57,170 nucleotides of DNA, from positions 1 to 57,170 of the forward strand of contig CBDCCZ010000034.1 of NCBI GenBank assembly GCA_965215005.1. The letters run 5' to 3'. The position numbers were made by a program, and so were the translations under genes. The DNA is from Kofleriaceae bacterium. Lineage in GTDB: Bacteria; Myxococcota_A; Polyangia; Haliangiales; Haliangiaceae. Below, in pieces: positions 29,610 through 40,226 of this stretch (its first letter is position 1; each line of letters opens with the position of its first letter). The notes beneath the pieces are model-generated. The model was not told where the DNA came from. It saw nothing but the letters and a program-made list of their open reading frames with translations, and searched no databases.

Positions 29610-31106
29610 CTATGAGACCGCGGCGGAGGGTAGGAACACGGTGAATGTCGTCCCCACGCCAGGCTCACTCGTGACGTTGATCCAGCCGCCGTGCTCTCTC
29701 ACGATGCCGTAGGCAACCGAGAGCCCGAGGCCCGTGCCATCGCCAACCTCCTTGGTGGTGTAGAACGGCTCGAAGATGCGCGGCAGGTCCGCCGCCGCGA
29801 TGCCGGCGCCTTCATCGGTAACGAGAATGGTTGCGTGATTGCTGAGCTCGGCCCCAGGAACGTCGGGAGGACGTCCTCGCTCGGTACGAGTTGCGATGGT
29901 GACGGTGCCGCCGCTCGGCATTGCTTGCGCGGCATTGACGATCAAGTTGGTGAGAACTTGTTGAATCTGACTGCCGTCAACGATCGCAAGAACCGACTCA
30001 TCAGACTCTTCCAGCTGCAAGTCGACTCGCTTCTTCTTTGCGAGCGATTCGAGCAGCGAGACGGTACTTCGCGCCACCGCGCGCAGGTCTTGCGGTGATG
30101 CTGTTGGCCGGCGTCTTCGTGCGAAGTCCAGCAGCTGCCGGATGATCGCCGCCATCCGGTCGGCCTGGCGGTGAATGCTCGCCGCATACTCGCTCACCGT
30201 CTCGCCCGTTGCCGTGCCATCGGCGATTAGCTTGGCCCGGCCTGAAACCACGGCCAACGGCGTGCCCAGCTCGTGCGCGATACCGGCGGCCAGTTTTCCA
30301 ACCGTGGCCAAGCGGTCGGCGTGCCGTATCTGTTCGAGCGCGCGGATGCGGGCCTCGGTTTCTTCGGCGAGGCTCTCGCGGGCTTGAGCGAGCGCGGTGA
30401 CCATGCTGTTCATCTCGCGCGCGAGCACCCCAAGCTCATCGTGTTGACGCAGCCGCACGCGCGCGCTCAAATCGCCCGCGCCGATGCGTCGCGCCGCTTC
30501 CGCCAGCTCGCGCACGGGTTTGCCGACGAGCCATCCGCCAATTCCCAGCGCCAGAGCGCTGCAAACTCCTACGAGCAGCAGAGTGGTCAATAGGATGCGG
30601 CGACTGGTGGTAACGGTGCGTCGCCGTACCGGCGCCAGCGACTCGGATACCTCGAGTGCCCCGAGCCCAACCTCCTCGAGTCCTTCGGGCACTGGTACCG
30701 GAACGTAGGCATACAGCCGTGGCTCACCACGGGGATCGATGCGTCGCGCCACCTGTGGCAGACCAGCACGCGCAATGAGCAACCGCCACCGTGCCACGTG
30801 TGGTTGATGGGTTGCGGTAGTCTCGCCAATGAGCCACACCCAGCGCATCGTCACTTTGCTCTGTTGGCGCTCGCTCTGCAGAGTGCTCTCGGTGTACTCG
30901 GTGAGGTACATGGCCGCTGCGCGACCTTCTACTCGCCAGGCGCGCGCGATGGTGGGGCGAAACAAGCGGGCGACCGCCATGAGGTCTTCTTCGATGTCAC
31001 GAATGTTCGCGGCTCGTTGCTCGCGAACTTGCACGCGGCCATACGCCATCAGGACCACGCAAGTCGCAAGAATCAACGCGACCACCAGCTTTGCCGTCAG
31101 CCGCAT
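29610..31106 (-). CDS. HAMP-domain sensor histidine kinase
   Basis: Motifs GIAHELGTPL, NLIVNA, DEGAGI, FEPFYTTK and GTGLGL. Two TM segments. Confidence 0.95.
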   Translation of the reverse strand: MRLTAKLVVALILATCVVLMAYGRVQVREQRAANIRDIEEDLMAVARLFRPTIARAWRVEGRAAAMYLTEYTESTLQSERQQSKVTMRWVWLIGETTATHQPHVARWRLLIARAGLPQVARRIDPRGEPRLYAYVPVPVPEGLEEVGLGALEVSESLAPVRRRTVTTSRRILLTTLLLVGVCSALALGIGGWLVGKPVRELAEAARRIGAGDLSARVRLRQHDELGVLAREMNSMVTALAQARESLAEETEARIRALEQIRHADRLATVGKLAAGIAHELGTPLAVVSGRAKLIADGTATGETVSEYAASIHRQADRMAAIIRQLLDFARRRRPTASPQDLRAVARSTVSLLESLAKKKRVDLQLEESDESVLAIVDGSQIQQVLTNLIVNAAQAMPSGGTVTIATRTERGRPPDVPGAELSNHATILVTDEGAGIAAADLPRIFEPFYTTKEVGDGTGLGLSVAYGIVREHGGWINVTSEPGVGTTFTVFLPSAAVS

Positions 31107-31189
31107 CCCCCACCTTGCTGATCATGGTTCATGGCGGAAGCCGTGATATCACGGAACCGCCGCAATGCGCTGGAGAGGCGCCCACGCCC

Positions 31190-33007
31190 CTAATTGCCGA
31201 CCCAGGTGATGGTTTGCGGATCGCTAGCCGCAGCGACTTTGATCCACATGAGCTGCGCGGCGGGGTCTAGCAGAGCCCCGGCGGCGGCTTCGTCGAAGGC
31301 GGCGCGGGTTGCAAGGATGGGCACGGGGGCGCCGTTGAGCTCGACTTGCCGCGCGCCGTCGTCGATGCGAACTCGCACGATGGTGGTAACGAGCGCGCGG
31401 CTCATCGTGATGCGCCCCGTTGCGGCTTCGAAGCGCGTGAGCTGCTCGTCGCTGTCGTGCAGCTCGAAGTTACTGGCCTCGGCCGCTGGATAGACAAGAA
31501 CCGTCAACGCATTGGCGGACGCTTCCGTGCCAAGGCCGGTGACGGCGTTGGAAACGTTCATCGGGACGATGGCGCCCTGGCGCACGAAGACTGGCAAGCG
31601 CGCTCGATCAGTGGCGTCGTAGGCGAGCAATGTCTGACCACCTTCATAGCGAGCACCGCTCCACCAGTCATACCAGCGCGTGCCAGGGGGAAGCTCGACA
31701 TCACGCGTTCCGCTGGCGTCGAGAATGGGCGCAACGAGGAACGCCGCCCCGAGCGTAAAGCGGTAGTCATCGGCCCAATCTGCAACCGAGCCGATGGGCT
31801 GAATCGGCACGGGGCCGCCGGCATGCGCTGCTTCGGTGAGACTGTAGAGAAACGGTACCAGCTCGTGATGAAGTGTCGCGTAGTAGCGATAGAGCTCTAC
31901 GGTTTCTTCCACATGGTCAGGCACCGTCCACGGCGCGAGGTTGGCGCGGCCGTGGAGTTGGAAGAACGGGTGAAATGCCGCCACGGCAGTCCAACGGGCA
32001 AATACGAGGGTATCCAGCGGCAGCTGCATGCCCGCATTGGTGTCATCGAAGTTGAGATAGCCGCCGATGTCGGAGCCAATCATCGCGTAGCCGCCCTGCG
32101 CCGAGCGGAAGATATGATCCAGCGCATCGGCAAGACCGATCCAGTCGCGGCGCTGATCACCCACCCAACCAACAGGCGTATGCTCGGGCCGAGCATAGAA
32201 CCGCCCTTCGAAGCCGTACGATTCGTCCCACGGACGCACCATGGTGACGAACTCGCGGCCGCGACGATGACGGCCGTAGGTGTAGAAGTCGCGATAGTAG
32301 GCTTCAGAGTAGGCTTGATGCGTTACCGGCCCAGCAAACGTGTCTACGGTGGGGCCCGGGATGTACTGCTCGCCGAAATCGAGCTTCCAGCCATCGATGC
32401 CGAGGTCGTAGAGTGCATCTTGCTGGCGTCGCCACCAGGAAACCGCATCAGGATGAAAGAAGTCGACGCCGGCACCGACACCTTTCCACCATATATAGGT
32501 GCTGCCGTCGTTGACGAAGAAGTCGCACTCCTTGCCCTGTGCGAAGTTGCTGGCTGCACCTTCGTAGCGATCGCCCGCGGGCTCGAAATCGACAGATGAC
32601 ACATTGATCATTTGCGTCATCCAAAGCACGACGCGGACGCCTCGCTCGTGCATGTCGGCCACGAGTTGATCCATTGCTGGATAGCGATCTGGATTGGGAA
32701 TGAACGTGTTGTAGTTCGTTTCCCATGGGCTATCTAAAACGACGGCGCCCACGGGGATGTCGCGGTCGAGAAACCCTTGCACGAAGTCATAGGTGTCGGA
32801 GGCGCTGGAGATGTCCTTTGAGATCCACGGCTCGAAGGCCCAACGGGGCGTGTGCAGCGGTGGTGGCTCGAGCTCGTCGTTGTCGTCGTAAAACGCGCAC
32901 GAGGGCGCATCCGCATCGGGCGAGTCGGTCGACGTGTTTCGACTGTCACCGCAGCTTGCCGCGAACGCGGCGGCGGCGAAGGCGAGCAGAACAATTAGGC
33001 GAGGCAT
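31190..33007 (-). CDS. Glycoside hydrolase family 31 lipoprotein
   Basis: Motifs LDSPWE, WKLDFGE (nucleophile), WVGD (acid/base), GSDIGG, LVAPI and LPVFVRQG. Confidence 0.88.
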   Translation of the reverse strand: MPRLIVLLAFAAAAFAASCGDSRNTSTDSPDADAPSCAFYDDNDELEPPPLHTPRWAFEPWISKDISSASDTYDFVQGFLDRDIPVGAVVLDSPWETNYNTFIPNPDRYPAMDQLVADMHERGVRVVLWMTQMINVSSVDFEPAGDRYEGAASNFAQGKECDFFVNDGSTYIWWKGVGAGVDFFHPDAVSWWRRQQDALYDLGIDGWKLDFGEQYIPGPTVDTFAGPVTHQAYSEAYYRDFYTYGRHRRGREFVTMVRPWDESYGFEGRFYARPEHTPVGWVGDQRRDWIGLADALDHIFRSAQGGYAMIGSDIGGYLNFDDTNAGMQLPLDTLVFARWTAVAAFHPFFQLHGRANLAPWTVPDHVEETVELYRYYATLHHELVPFLYSLTEAAHAGGPVPIQPIGSVADWADDYRFTLGAAFLVAPILDASGTRDVELPPGTRWYDWWSGARYEGGQTLLAYDATDRARLPVFVRQGAIVPMNVSNAVTGLGTEASANALTVLVYPAAEASNFELHDSDEQLTRFEAATGRITMSRALVTTIVRVRIDDGARQVELNGAPVPILATRAAFDEAAAGALLDPAAQLMWIKVAAASDPQTITWVGN

Positions 33008-33177
33008 GAGGTCCTTTCGGTCTGACCAATTGGCGGGCAACGATACAGCAATTACGCTCCCGACCGAATGCAATTCGTGACAGAGCGGCGCGGCCTCCGC
33101 CACGGCGCGACGGACCTACGGGCGCAAGCGGAGCTCGCTGGCGCGCTCGCGTCGCGGCAGTTGGCGATGCGCTTGGC

Positions 33178-33816
33178 TTGCCTCATGATGCGTCGGTGAC
33201 AGCTGCTGATGTCGCCGCGGGATTGGCACACCTGCGGACGGTCGAAGGGCCGATGGCGACGCTCATCGATCGGCACGGGCCGCCCAACCTGCGCCGTACC
33301 CGCAATGCATTTGCCTCGCTCGGACGCAGCATCATTCATCAGCAGCTGAGCACGAAGTCGGCGGCAGCCATCTATCGGCGCTTCCTTGGCCATTTTCCGC
33401 GCGGCCGCTTTCCGAGCCCCGAGATGCTGGCCGCCACCTCCGCCGCCCAGCTGCGCGCTGTAGGACTTTCCGCGGCCAAAGCGGCGTATTTGCATGATCT
33501 GGCGGCGCGCTTTGCCGATGGGACGCTCACGCCCCGACGATTCGCGGCTATGACGGATGTGGAGCTTGCCGAGGTGCTTATGCAGGTCAAGGGGATTGGC
33601 CCGTGGTCGGTAGATATGTTTTTGCTGTTTGGGTTGTGTCGCCGCGACATCTTGCCGGTAGGCGACTTAGGAGTGAAGCAGGGCATGAAGCTCTACTTCG
33701 ATCTCGAAGCGCGGCCATCCGCTGCCGAGATGCGAGTCTTGGCAGCCCAGTGGCAGCCGTATCGTTCGTTTGCAAGCTGGTACATGTGGCGCCTGCTCGA
33801 GGACGGAATGCCGTGA
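33178..33816 (+). CDS. alkA: DNA-3-methyladenine glycosylase II (AlkA/HhH-GPD family)
   Basis: Motifs [30 protein letters not shown] and WQPYRS. Start may be GTG33196. Confidence 0.88.
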   Translation: MPHDASVTAADVAAGLAHLRTVEGPMATLIDRHGPPNLRRTRNAFASLGRSIIHQQLSTKSAAAIYRRFLGHFPRGRFPSPEMLAATSAAQLRAVGLSAAKAAYLHDLAARFADGTLTPRRFAAMTDVELAEVLMQVKGIGPWSVDMFLLFGLCRRDILPVGDLGVKQGMKLYFDLEARPSAAEMRVLAAQWQPYRSFASWYMWRLLEDGMP

Positions 33817-33882
33817 CTGCGCCGCGCGTGCCGGAAACCTGCCTGGCCGGCAGAGCCTCTTGCAGTACAGTGGTGTAGAGCC

Positions 33883-35172
33883 ATGTTTGGTCGCCGCAGA
33901 AGACTGCCAGATGACGCAGAGGACGGCGGCGCCGCGACTATGCCGGCGGGATTTCGCGGCAGTGGCGAGCCGCTCTTTGGCATCGGCGACGTCGTGAGCA
34001 GCAGCTATCGGGTGCGGCAGCTGCTGGCCGCCGACGATGCCGCTCAGGTTCTGGAAGCCTGGGACATGGTGCTCGAACGCTCGGTGGTGTTGCGGGCGGC
34101 GTGGCGCGGAGCGCAGCAATCGCCGCTGCTGGGAGAAGCGCGCGCGGCGATCATCCACCCGTGCGCGGCGCGTGTCTTTAGCCTCGGCAACTATAAGTCG
34201 ATCGACTATCTCGTGGGCGAGCGCATCGTCGGGGAGACCATGCGTGAGCGCATCGCTCGCGATGGGCCACTTTCGATTGAATTCGCTCTAGTTTTACTCC
34301 GCGTGCTCGTCGACGGATTGGCAGCGCTCCACGGCAGCGATCGTGTTGCGGGCGAGCTCGATGCCGATCGCGTGCTGTACACAAGCGAGAGTCGCGTGGT
34401 GCTCGGCGCGCTGTCGCTGGGACAAGCACCGGCCACGGGGCCGGCCGAAGTGCTGGCGCCAGAGGTGCTGCGCGGCGCCGCTATCACTCCACTGGCCGAC
34501 CTCTACGCGTTTGGCTGCGTGGCGGCGGAGCTGCTCTTGGGTCGACCGCCGTTGGCAGGCGATTCGCTCAAAGAAACCCGCTTTCAGCACGTCAACGCGG
34601 TCGCGCCGCGCGTCAACGAGCACCGAAGCGACTGCCCAGTTGAGCTTGGGGACTTGGTCGCGGAGCTCCTGGCTAAGGAGCCGAGCGAGCGGCCGGCGAC
34701 TGCGGCGGTGGTGGCCCGCGAGCTCGAGGTGATTGCCCAGCGCGTGGTACTGGCCCGGCGGCCGGCGCGGGTTCTCATCGTCGATGGCGACTCCGACCGG
34801 GTGCGGCCGCTTTGGAGCGTGATTCGCCGCGCGGATGCCACCGTCATCGTCGATGCCGCCGCGACGCCGGCCGATGCGCTCACCAAGGTCCGTCGCGACG
34901 AGCCTGACTTGGTGCTGGTGGAGCTCGGCGCCGGCGGCGGCATGAACGGCCTGGAGCTGTGCATGTACTTGAGTGGCGTCGAGCGCGAGCGCACTGGCAA
35001 CATCGTGGCGATCACCGACGCGGTGAGTGATGTAGACCGGCCGGTGCTCGAGCAGCTCGTCACCCACGTGCTGGTGCGCGACGACAGCTTCCGCGATGCG
35101 CTGACTTCGCTGGTGCGAGCTGTGAGGCAGCCCCGAGGCCGCGCCCGGCGCTCGTCAGTGGTTTCAGGATAG
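33883..35172 (+). CDS. Degenerate Ser/Thr kinase-like domain fused to a degenerate receiver domain
   Basis: Retains APE, ADLYAFG and LLAKEPSERP. G-loop, VAIK, HRD and DFG are replaced. C-terminal RVLIVDGD..PDLVLVEL..MNGLELC. Confidence 0.8.
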   Translation: MFGRRRRLPDDAEDGGAATMPAGFRGSGEPLFGIGDVVSSSYRVRQLLAADDAAQVLEAWDMVLERSVVLRAAWRGAQQSPLLGEARAAIIHPCAARVFSLGNYKSIDYLVGERIVGETMRERIARDGPLSIEFALVLLRVLVDGLAALHGSDRVAGELDADRVLYTSESRVVLGALSLGQAPATGPAEVLAPEVLRGAAITPLADLYAFGCVAAELLLGRPPLAGDSLKETRFQHVNAVAPRVNEHRSDCPVELGDLVAELLAKEPSERPATAAVVARELEVIAQRVVLARRPARVLIVDGDSDRVRPLWSVIRRADATVIVDAAATPADALTKVRRDEPDLVLVELGAGGGMNGLELCMYLSGVERERTGNIVAITDAVSDVDRPVLEQLVTHVLVRDDSFRDALTSLVRAVRQPRGRARRSSVVSG

Positions 35173-35179
35173 ATCTTGC

Positions 35180-35491
35180 CTAGCGCGCTGCGCGCATTGC
35201 ATCGAACCAACGCGTTCGCAGCTCACTGAGACTGGGTTCACCGAGCTCTTCCAGCGCTTCTAGGCTCGCGGGCGCGAACCGATGCAGCATGGTGAATAGC
35301 GCGTACAGCGCCTCTTTCGTGGTTGCGGTCGCTTCACGTGCGAGCTGTATCCGCAGCTCGGGCTCGCTCAGGAGTGCGGCTGGCAGCCAGCGCATGCGAC
35401 CTGCACAATGCGGGCAAGGCTCGATTCCTGGCTCCAGGAGCGTGCAGTAGAAGCAGTCGTCAGCGGCGCGTCCATCGAAGATTCCCTCCAT
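35180..35491 (-). CDS. Hypothetical protein with two CxxC motifs
   Basis: ATG lies 1 nt after the stop of the upstream dehydratase. Contains CFYC...CPHC. Confidence 0.55.
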   Translation of the reverse strand: MEGIFDGRAADDCFYCTLLEPGIEPCPHCAGRMRWLPAALLSEPELRIQLAREATATTKEALYALFTMLHRFAPASLEALEELGEPSLSELRTRWFDAMRAAR

Positions 35492-35492
35492 C

Positions 35493-36437
35493 TCAGCCGG
35501 CCAGAATTTCGGCCAAGAGAGATGGCGCGACATTGCCGCCGGAGAGCAGAATGCCGACGCGGCCAGGAGCATCGGGCAGACCGCGAAGTGCGACTGCCAG
35601 GGCGGCGGCGCCAGATGGCTCGACGATGAGCTTGGCTCGTATAGCCAAGAGGCGCATGGCGTGGCGAAGCTGGGCATCGGTCACGACGAAGCTGTCGGTG
35701 ACGTGCTCTCGGGCGATGGCCAGACAAAGGCTGCCGACCTGGCTCGGCCGGAGGCCATCGGCGATGGTGGCCGTTGGCTCGATGGTGATGCGCTCGCCAC
35801 GCTGCAGGCTCTGCTTCATCGCGTCGCAGCCCTCGGGCTCGGCGGTGTAGATGCGCGTGCCGCTGCCGCTTGCCGCCAAGCACGCGCCGGCGAGCAGGCC
35901 CCCACCTCCGACCGGAACCACGAGGGCATCGAGCGAGCCGGCGTCTTCGAGCAGCTCGAGCGTGGCCGTGCCTTGCCCGGTGATGATGTCAGGATGATCG
36001 AACGGCTCGATGATGGTCCCGCCAGAGCGCTCTTGCATGCGGAGCGCCTCCGCCTGCCGCTCGAGTGAAGTGGTGCCGGCGAACACGATGTGCGCGCCGA
36101 GCGCCCGCACGGCTTCGACTTTGACCGCCGGCGCGTTTTCGGGCATGGCGATGTCAGCGCGGATTCCAAAGTGATGTGCCGCCAGCGCGACCGCCTGCGC
36201 ATGATTGCCGGAGCTGTAGGTAATAATGCCGCGCGCGCGCTCCTGAGGGGCTAGTCGAGCGACGGCGTGCATTGCGCCGCGGGCTTTAAACGCGCCGATT
36301 CGCTGCAGATTTTCGGCCTTGAGCCACAGCTCGGCGCCGGCCGCGCTATCGAGGGCGTCGCAGCGCAGGGCAGGGGTGCGCCAATGCAGCGCGCGAATCC
36401 GTTTAGCGGCGGCCACGACGTCGCTCTTGTCGAGCAT
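35493..36437 (-). CDS. PLP-dependent threonine/serine dehydratase family protein
   Basis: Motifs [34 protein letters not shown] and LSGGN. Confidence 0.93.
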   Translation of the reverse strand: MLDKSDVVAAAKRIRALHWRTPALRCDALDSAAGAELWLKAENLQRIGAFKARGAMHAVARLAPQERARGIITYSSGNHAQAVALAAHHFGIRADIAMPENAPAVKVEAVRALGAHIVFAGTTSLERQAEALRMQERSGGTIIEPFDHPDIITGQGTATLELLEDAGSLDALVVPVGGGGLLAGACLAASGSGTRIYTAEPEGCDAMKQSLQRGERITIEPTATIADGLRPSQVGSLCLAIAREHVTDSFVVTDAQLRHAMRLLAIRAKLIVEPSGAAALAVALRGLPDAPGRVGILLSGGNVAPSLLAEILAG

Positions 36438-36532
36438 GTCGTCGAGCCTACCGCTACTGAGCAGCGGGTGCGAGTCGCAGCTTGCACAGCAGGGCTAAAG
36501 GTTCGGCGAAACCGACCGCTCTAGAGAGACAG

Positions 36533-38284
36533 ATGAGTGCTCCCATACGCATCTTGGTTGTCGAGGAAGATCTAGCCGCCTACGCCACGTTTGCCGCGGT
36601 GCTGGCCGAGCTGCCGGAGCGCAAGGTGGTGATCGACCATACCGCCACCTACGAAGATGGCAGCGCGCGGCTCGAAGAGCACGCCCACGATCTGTACTTC
36701 ATCTCCGATGCGGTTGGTGGCGGCCGCGGCGGTGCGTTGGTGCGCTATGCAGTGGCCACGGGGCAATCGCCGGTGGTGCTGCTCAGTCACCGCGACCCGC
36801 GCGAAGCCGAGCGCGAAGCGATGGGGTGCGGCGCCGCCGACTACGTGGTGTATCAGAGCTTCGATCACCATCTGCTGGATCGCGTCGTTCGGTACGCCAT
36901 CGATCGTCATCGGTCGCAAGAACGACTCGTGCGGCTCGCTGGCTCCGATCCGCTCACGGGCCTTGCGAATCGAGTGCTGTTTCAAGAGCGGCTCAACGCG
37001 GCCGTGGTTCGCGCTCGCGGGGCTCGCGAGGCGGTGGCGCTGGTGCTCTTCGATCTCGATCGCTTCAAAGCTCTCAACGAGGTTCACGGTCACCTCATCG
37101 CCGACGATGTGCTGCGCGCGGTGGCCGAGCGAGTGCGCCGGCATGTGCCGCCAGGTGCAACGGTTGCCCGCTATGGCGCCGATGAAATTGCTCTGGCTAT
37201 CGTGGGCGACGCGGCGGCCAAGGAGGCCATGGCGCACTGCCAGAAGGTGATCGATGCGATGCGCGAGCCGGTGAATGTGGCGGGCAAGGCCATCACGGTG
37301 AGCTTGTGCGGTGGCGTGGCGCTGTTTCCCTCCCACGCCGGTTCGGTGGAGGAGCTGCTGCGCTGTGCCGATCTGGCCAAGGATGCCGCCAAGAGTCGCG
37401 GGTTCTCAACCTATCGATGCTTTGAATCGGCGATTGGTGGGCGCGCCGCGCTGCGCCGCGACATCGAGCCGCGCCTGCGCCGCGCGATTCATAACGATGA
37501 GCTCGAGCTGCATTTCCAGCCGCAGGTAGCGATCAGCACCGGCCACGTCATCGGAGTCGAGGCGCTGATGCGTTGGAACGATCCCGGCCGCGGCTATGTC
37601 TCGCCGGCACAGTTCATCCCGGTCATGGAAGACTCGCAGCTCATCATTGCTGCGGGCGAGTGGGTGCTGCGGACCGCGTGCCGGCAGCACATGGCGTGGA
37701 AGCAGAGCGGGGTGGGAAGCTTGCGCACCGCCGTCAATGTTTCCGCGGTGCAGTTTCGCCGTGGCGACCTCTATGAACGAGTAGCCGGGGTAATCGCTGC
37801 GACCGGCATCGAGCCAGAGATGCTGGAGCTCGAAATCACCGAAGGGTGTCTCATCGACGACGTCGACGCCGTGCGACGAACGCTCGAGGCGCTCAAGAGC
37901 TTGGGTGTTCGCATCGCTGTCGATGACTTTGGCACCGGCTACTCATCGCTGTCGTACCTGCGTCGCTTTCCTATCGACATCCTCAAGATCGACCGCAGCT
38001 TCGTGCGCGACGTCTGCGGCGATGAGGACGCGGCCGCCATCGTCGCGGCGATCGTTGCGCTCGCGCACAAGCTCGGGCTCGAGATCGTTGCGGAAGGCGT
38101 GGAGACGGAGGCGCAACGGCTGTTCCTCGAGCAGCAAGGCTGCGAAATCGGCCAGGGCTACCTATTTAGCCCACCGCTGCCCGCGGTCTGGAGAGATCCG
38201 GTGGCGGCGGGGGCAGTCGCCGCGCCCATAGAGCCTACCGACGCAGCGGCCGACCAGTCGGGCAAGCGCCACGCGAGCGCGTAA
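36533..38284 (+). CDS. REC-GGDEF-EAL c-di-GMP metabolism protein
   Basis: Motifs DPLTGLANR, DLDRFK, variant GADEI, EALMRW, DDFGTGYSSL and AEGVE. Confidence 0.93.
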   Translation: MSAPIRILVVEEDLAAYATFAAVLAELPERKVVIDHTATYEDGSARLEEHAHDLYFISDAVGGGRGGALVRYAVATGQSPVVLLSHRDPREAEREAMGCGAADYVVYQSFDHHLLDRVVRYAIDRHRSQERLVRLAGSDPLTGLANRVLFQERLNAAVVRARGAREAVALVLFDLDRFKALNEVHGHLIADDVLRAVAERVRRHVPPGATVARYGADEIALAIVGDAAAKEAMAHCQKVIDAMREPVNVAGKAITVSLCGGVALFPSHAGSVEELLRCADLAKDAAKSRGFSTYRCFESAIGGRAALRRDIEPRLRRAIHNDELELHFQPQVAISTGHVIGVEALMRWNDPGRGYVSPAQFIPVMEDSQLIIAAGEWVLRTACRQHMAWKQSGVGSLRTAVNVSAVQFRRGDLYERVAGVIAATGIEPEMLELEITEGCLIDDVDAVRRTLEALKSLGVRIAVDDFGTGYSSLSYLRRFPIDILKIDRSFVRDVCGDEDAAAIVAAIVALAHKLGLEIVAEGVETEAQRLFLEQQGCEIGQGYLFSPPLPAVWRDPVAAGAVAAPIEPTDAAADQSGKRHASA

Positions 38285-38447
38285 CGACAGCCGCATCGCG
38301 GCGCACGCAGCCCGACACTCGTTCTTCGCGAGCCCCTGCGCAAGCGCGTCGCGCGCGAAGAGCCGCCGGCGCTACGCGCCTCACCCATTGACGAGCCCCG
38401 CCGTCGAGCTTACAGGAGCAGCTGCCGATCCCGGCGAAAGGCTCTCC

Positions 38448-39146
38448 ATGTTGCAAACTCGTCGCTCTAGCGACCGCGGCCATGCCGACCACGGCTGGCT
38501 CACGTCTCGCCACACCTTCTCCTTTGCCAACTATCAGGATCCCAACTTCATGGGCTTTCGTGACTTGCGCGTGATCAATGAAGATCGCGTGCAGCCTGGT
38601 AAGGGCTTTGGCACCCATCCGCATCGAGATATGGAGATCCTCTCCTACGTCATCTCTGGATCGCTCGAGCATCGCGATAGCCTCGGGAACGGCTCGGTCA
38701 TTCGCCCGGGCGACGTCCAGCGAATGAGCGCAGGCACCGGGGTAACGCACAGCGAATACAATCACTCGCAGACCGAGCCAGTGCATTTCCTGCAGATTTG
38801 GCTGCTGCCGGAGCGCTCGGGCATCGCCCCTGGCTATGAGCAGGTCCTCTTTAGCGACGATGATAAGCGCAACTGCCTGCGGCTCATCGCTTCGCGCAAT
38901 GGCCGAGACGGCTCGGTCACCGTGCACCAAGACGTATCGGTGTATGCGAGCGTGCTCGAATCGGATCGTCGCGTCGAGCAGCCAATCGCCCAGGGGCGCT
39001 ATGGCTGGCTGCAGGTCATCAAAGGCGCGGTGCAGATTGATCAGGAGCTTCTGCGCGCGGGCGATGGCGCCGCCATCACCGGCCCCGATGCGGCCGTGCT
39101 GACCGCTACCGAAGACAGCGAGCTGCTACTCTTCGACCTGGCTTGA
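38448..39146 (+). CDS. Pirin family protein (YhhW-like)
   Basis: Motifs GFGTHPHRDMEI, MSAGTGVTHSE and FLQIW. Confidence 0.95.
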   Translation: MLQTRRSSDRGHADHGWLTSRHTFSFANYQDPNFMGFRDLRVINEDRVQPGKGFGTHPHRDMEILSYVISGSLEHRDSLGNGSVIRPGDVQRMSAGTGVTHSEYNHSQTEPVHFLQIWLLPERSGIAPGYEQVLFSDDDKRNCLRLIASRNGRDGSVTVHQDVSVYASVLESDRRVEQPIAQGRYGWLQVIKGAVQIDQELLRAGDGAAITGPDAAVLTATEDSELLLFDLA

Positions 39147-39181
39147 ACTGGCCCCGCTCGCTCGTAGTACAACCTGCGGTC

Positions 39182-40132
39182 ATGGCCACGCAGACCATTC
39201 CCGCTGTCGACCTCGAGGACTATCGCGCTGGCGGCGCCAGCCGAGCCCGCTTCGTCGAGGGCGTTGGCCGCGCGCTCGTCGAAATCGGGTTCTTCTCGGT
39301 TCGCAACCACGGTATCGACCGAGCCGTGGTGGACGAGACCTATCGCGCTGCGCAGCGGTTCTTTCACCTGCCTAGCGAGGTCAAGCGCCGCAGTGAGATT
39401 CCTTCGGCCCATGGTCAGCGCGGCTATACCAGCTTTGGCCGCGAGCACGCAAAAGGCAGTACCGAGCCGGATCTGAAGGAGTTCTTTCAAGTCGGCCGCA
39501 CCAATGTGCCAGCGACCCATCCGGTGCATGCCGCGTATGGTCCCAATGTGTGGCCCGAAGAGGCCCCGGAGCTGGCGGCGAGCGCGACGGCGCTTTACGA
39601 AGCGCTCGACGGCTTGGGAGCACAGCTGTTGCGAGCGAGCGCGGCCTATCTCGGCGAGTCTGCGGAGCGATTTGCCGAGATGGCCGTGGAGAGCGACACG
39701 ATCTTGCGCGTCATCTACTATCCACCGCTGCGAGCAGACACCACGACCGGGGTGCGCGCGGCAGCTCACGAAGACATCAACCTCATCACGCTGCTGCCTG
39801 CGGCGACCGCCGAAGGTCTCGAGCTTCGCCAGCGCGATGGCCGGTGGCTGCCCATCGATTGCGGTGGTGATGACATCATCGTCGATGCCGGCGATATGCT
39901 GCAGAACGTCACCAATGGACTCTTTCGCAGCACCACGCATCGGGTGGTCAATCCCGCCAACGCCACCGAGGAGCGATTCTCAATGCCGTGTTTCATCCAT
40001 CCGCGGAAGGAAATCGACTTGACGCCGCTGCCCTCGTGCGTCGCCCGCAGTGGCGGCACAGCGCGCTTTCCACGCGTGACGGCGGGGGAGTACCTCACGC
40101 AACGGCTGCGAGAGATCGGCTTGCAGAGCTAA
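39182..40132 (+). CDS. 2OG-Fe(II) oxygenase, isopenicillin N synthase family
   Basis: Motifs GFF..NHG, HEDINLITLL, STTHRV and RFS. Confidence 0.93.
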   Translation: MATQTIPAVDLEDYRAGGASRARFVEGVGRALVEIGFFSVRNHGIDRAVVDETYRAAQRFFHLPSEVKRRSEIPSAHGQRGYTSFGREHAKGSTEPDLKEFFQVGRTNVPATHPVHAAYGPNVWPEEAPELAASATALYEALDGLGAQLLRASAAYLGESAERFAEMAVESDTILRVIYYPPLRADTTTGVRAAAHEDINLITLLPAATAEGLELRQRDGRWLPIDCGGDDIIVDAGDMLQNVTNGLFRSTTHRVVNPANATEERFSMPCFIHPRKEIDLTPLPSCVARSGGTARFPRVTAGEYLTQRLREIGLQS

Positions 40133-40226
40133 GAGGAATTGCCAGCGGTCGTCGATTCCACGCCCACGAGTACGCTCTGGGCAGTGAGAGGCTGCGCGTG
40201 ACGTCATCCCGCGGCATCCTTACAGA

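Noticed and set aside
31118..31133. CTGATCATGGTTCATG as a third LexA box
   Set aside because: The spacing is one base short and the GTTCAG end is not matched.
33100..33200. SOS box upstream of the AlkA-like glycosylase
   Set aside because: No GTTCAG/CTGAAC-containing match was found.
36533..38284. GADEI variant of the GGDEF motif
   Set aside because: Degenerate GGDEF domains next to intact EAL domains are common.
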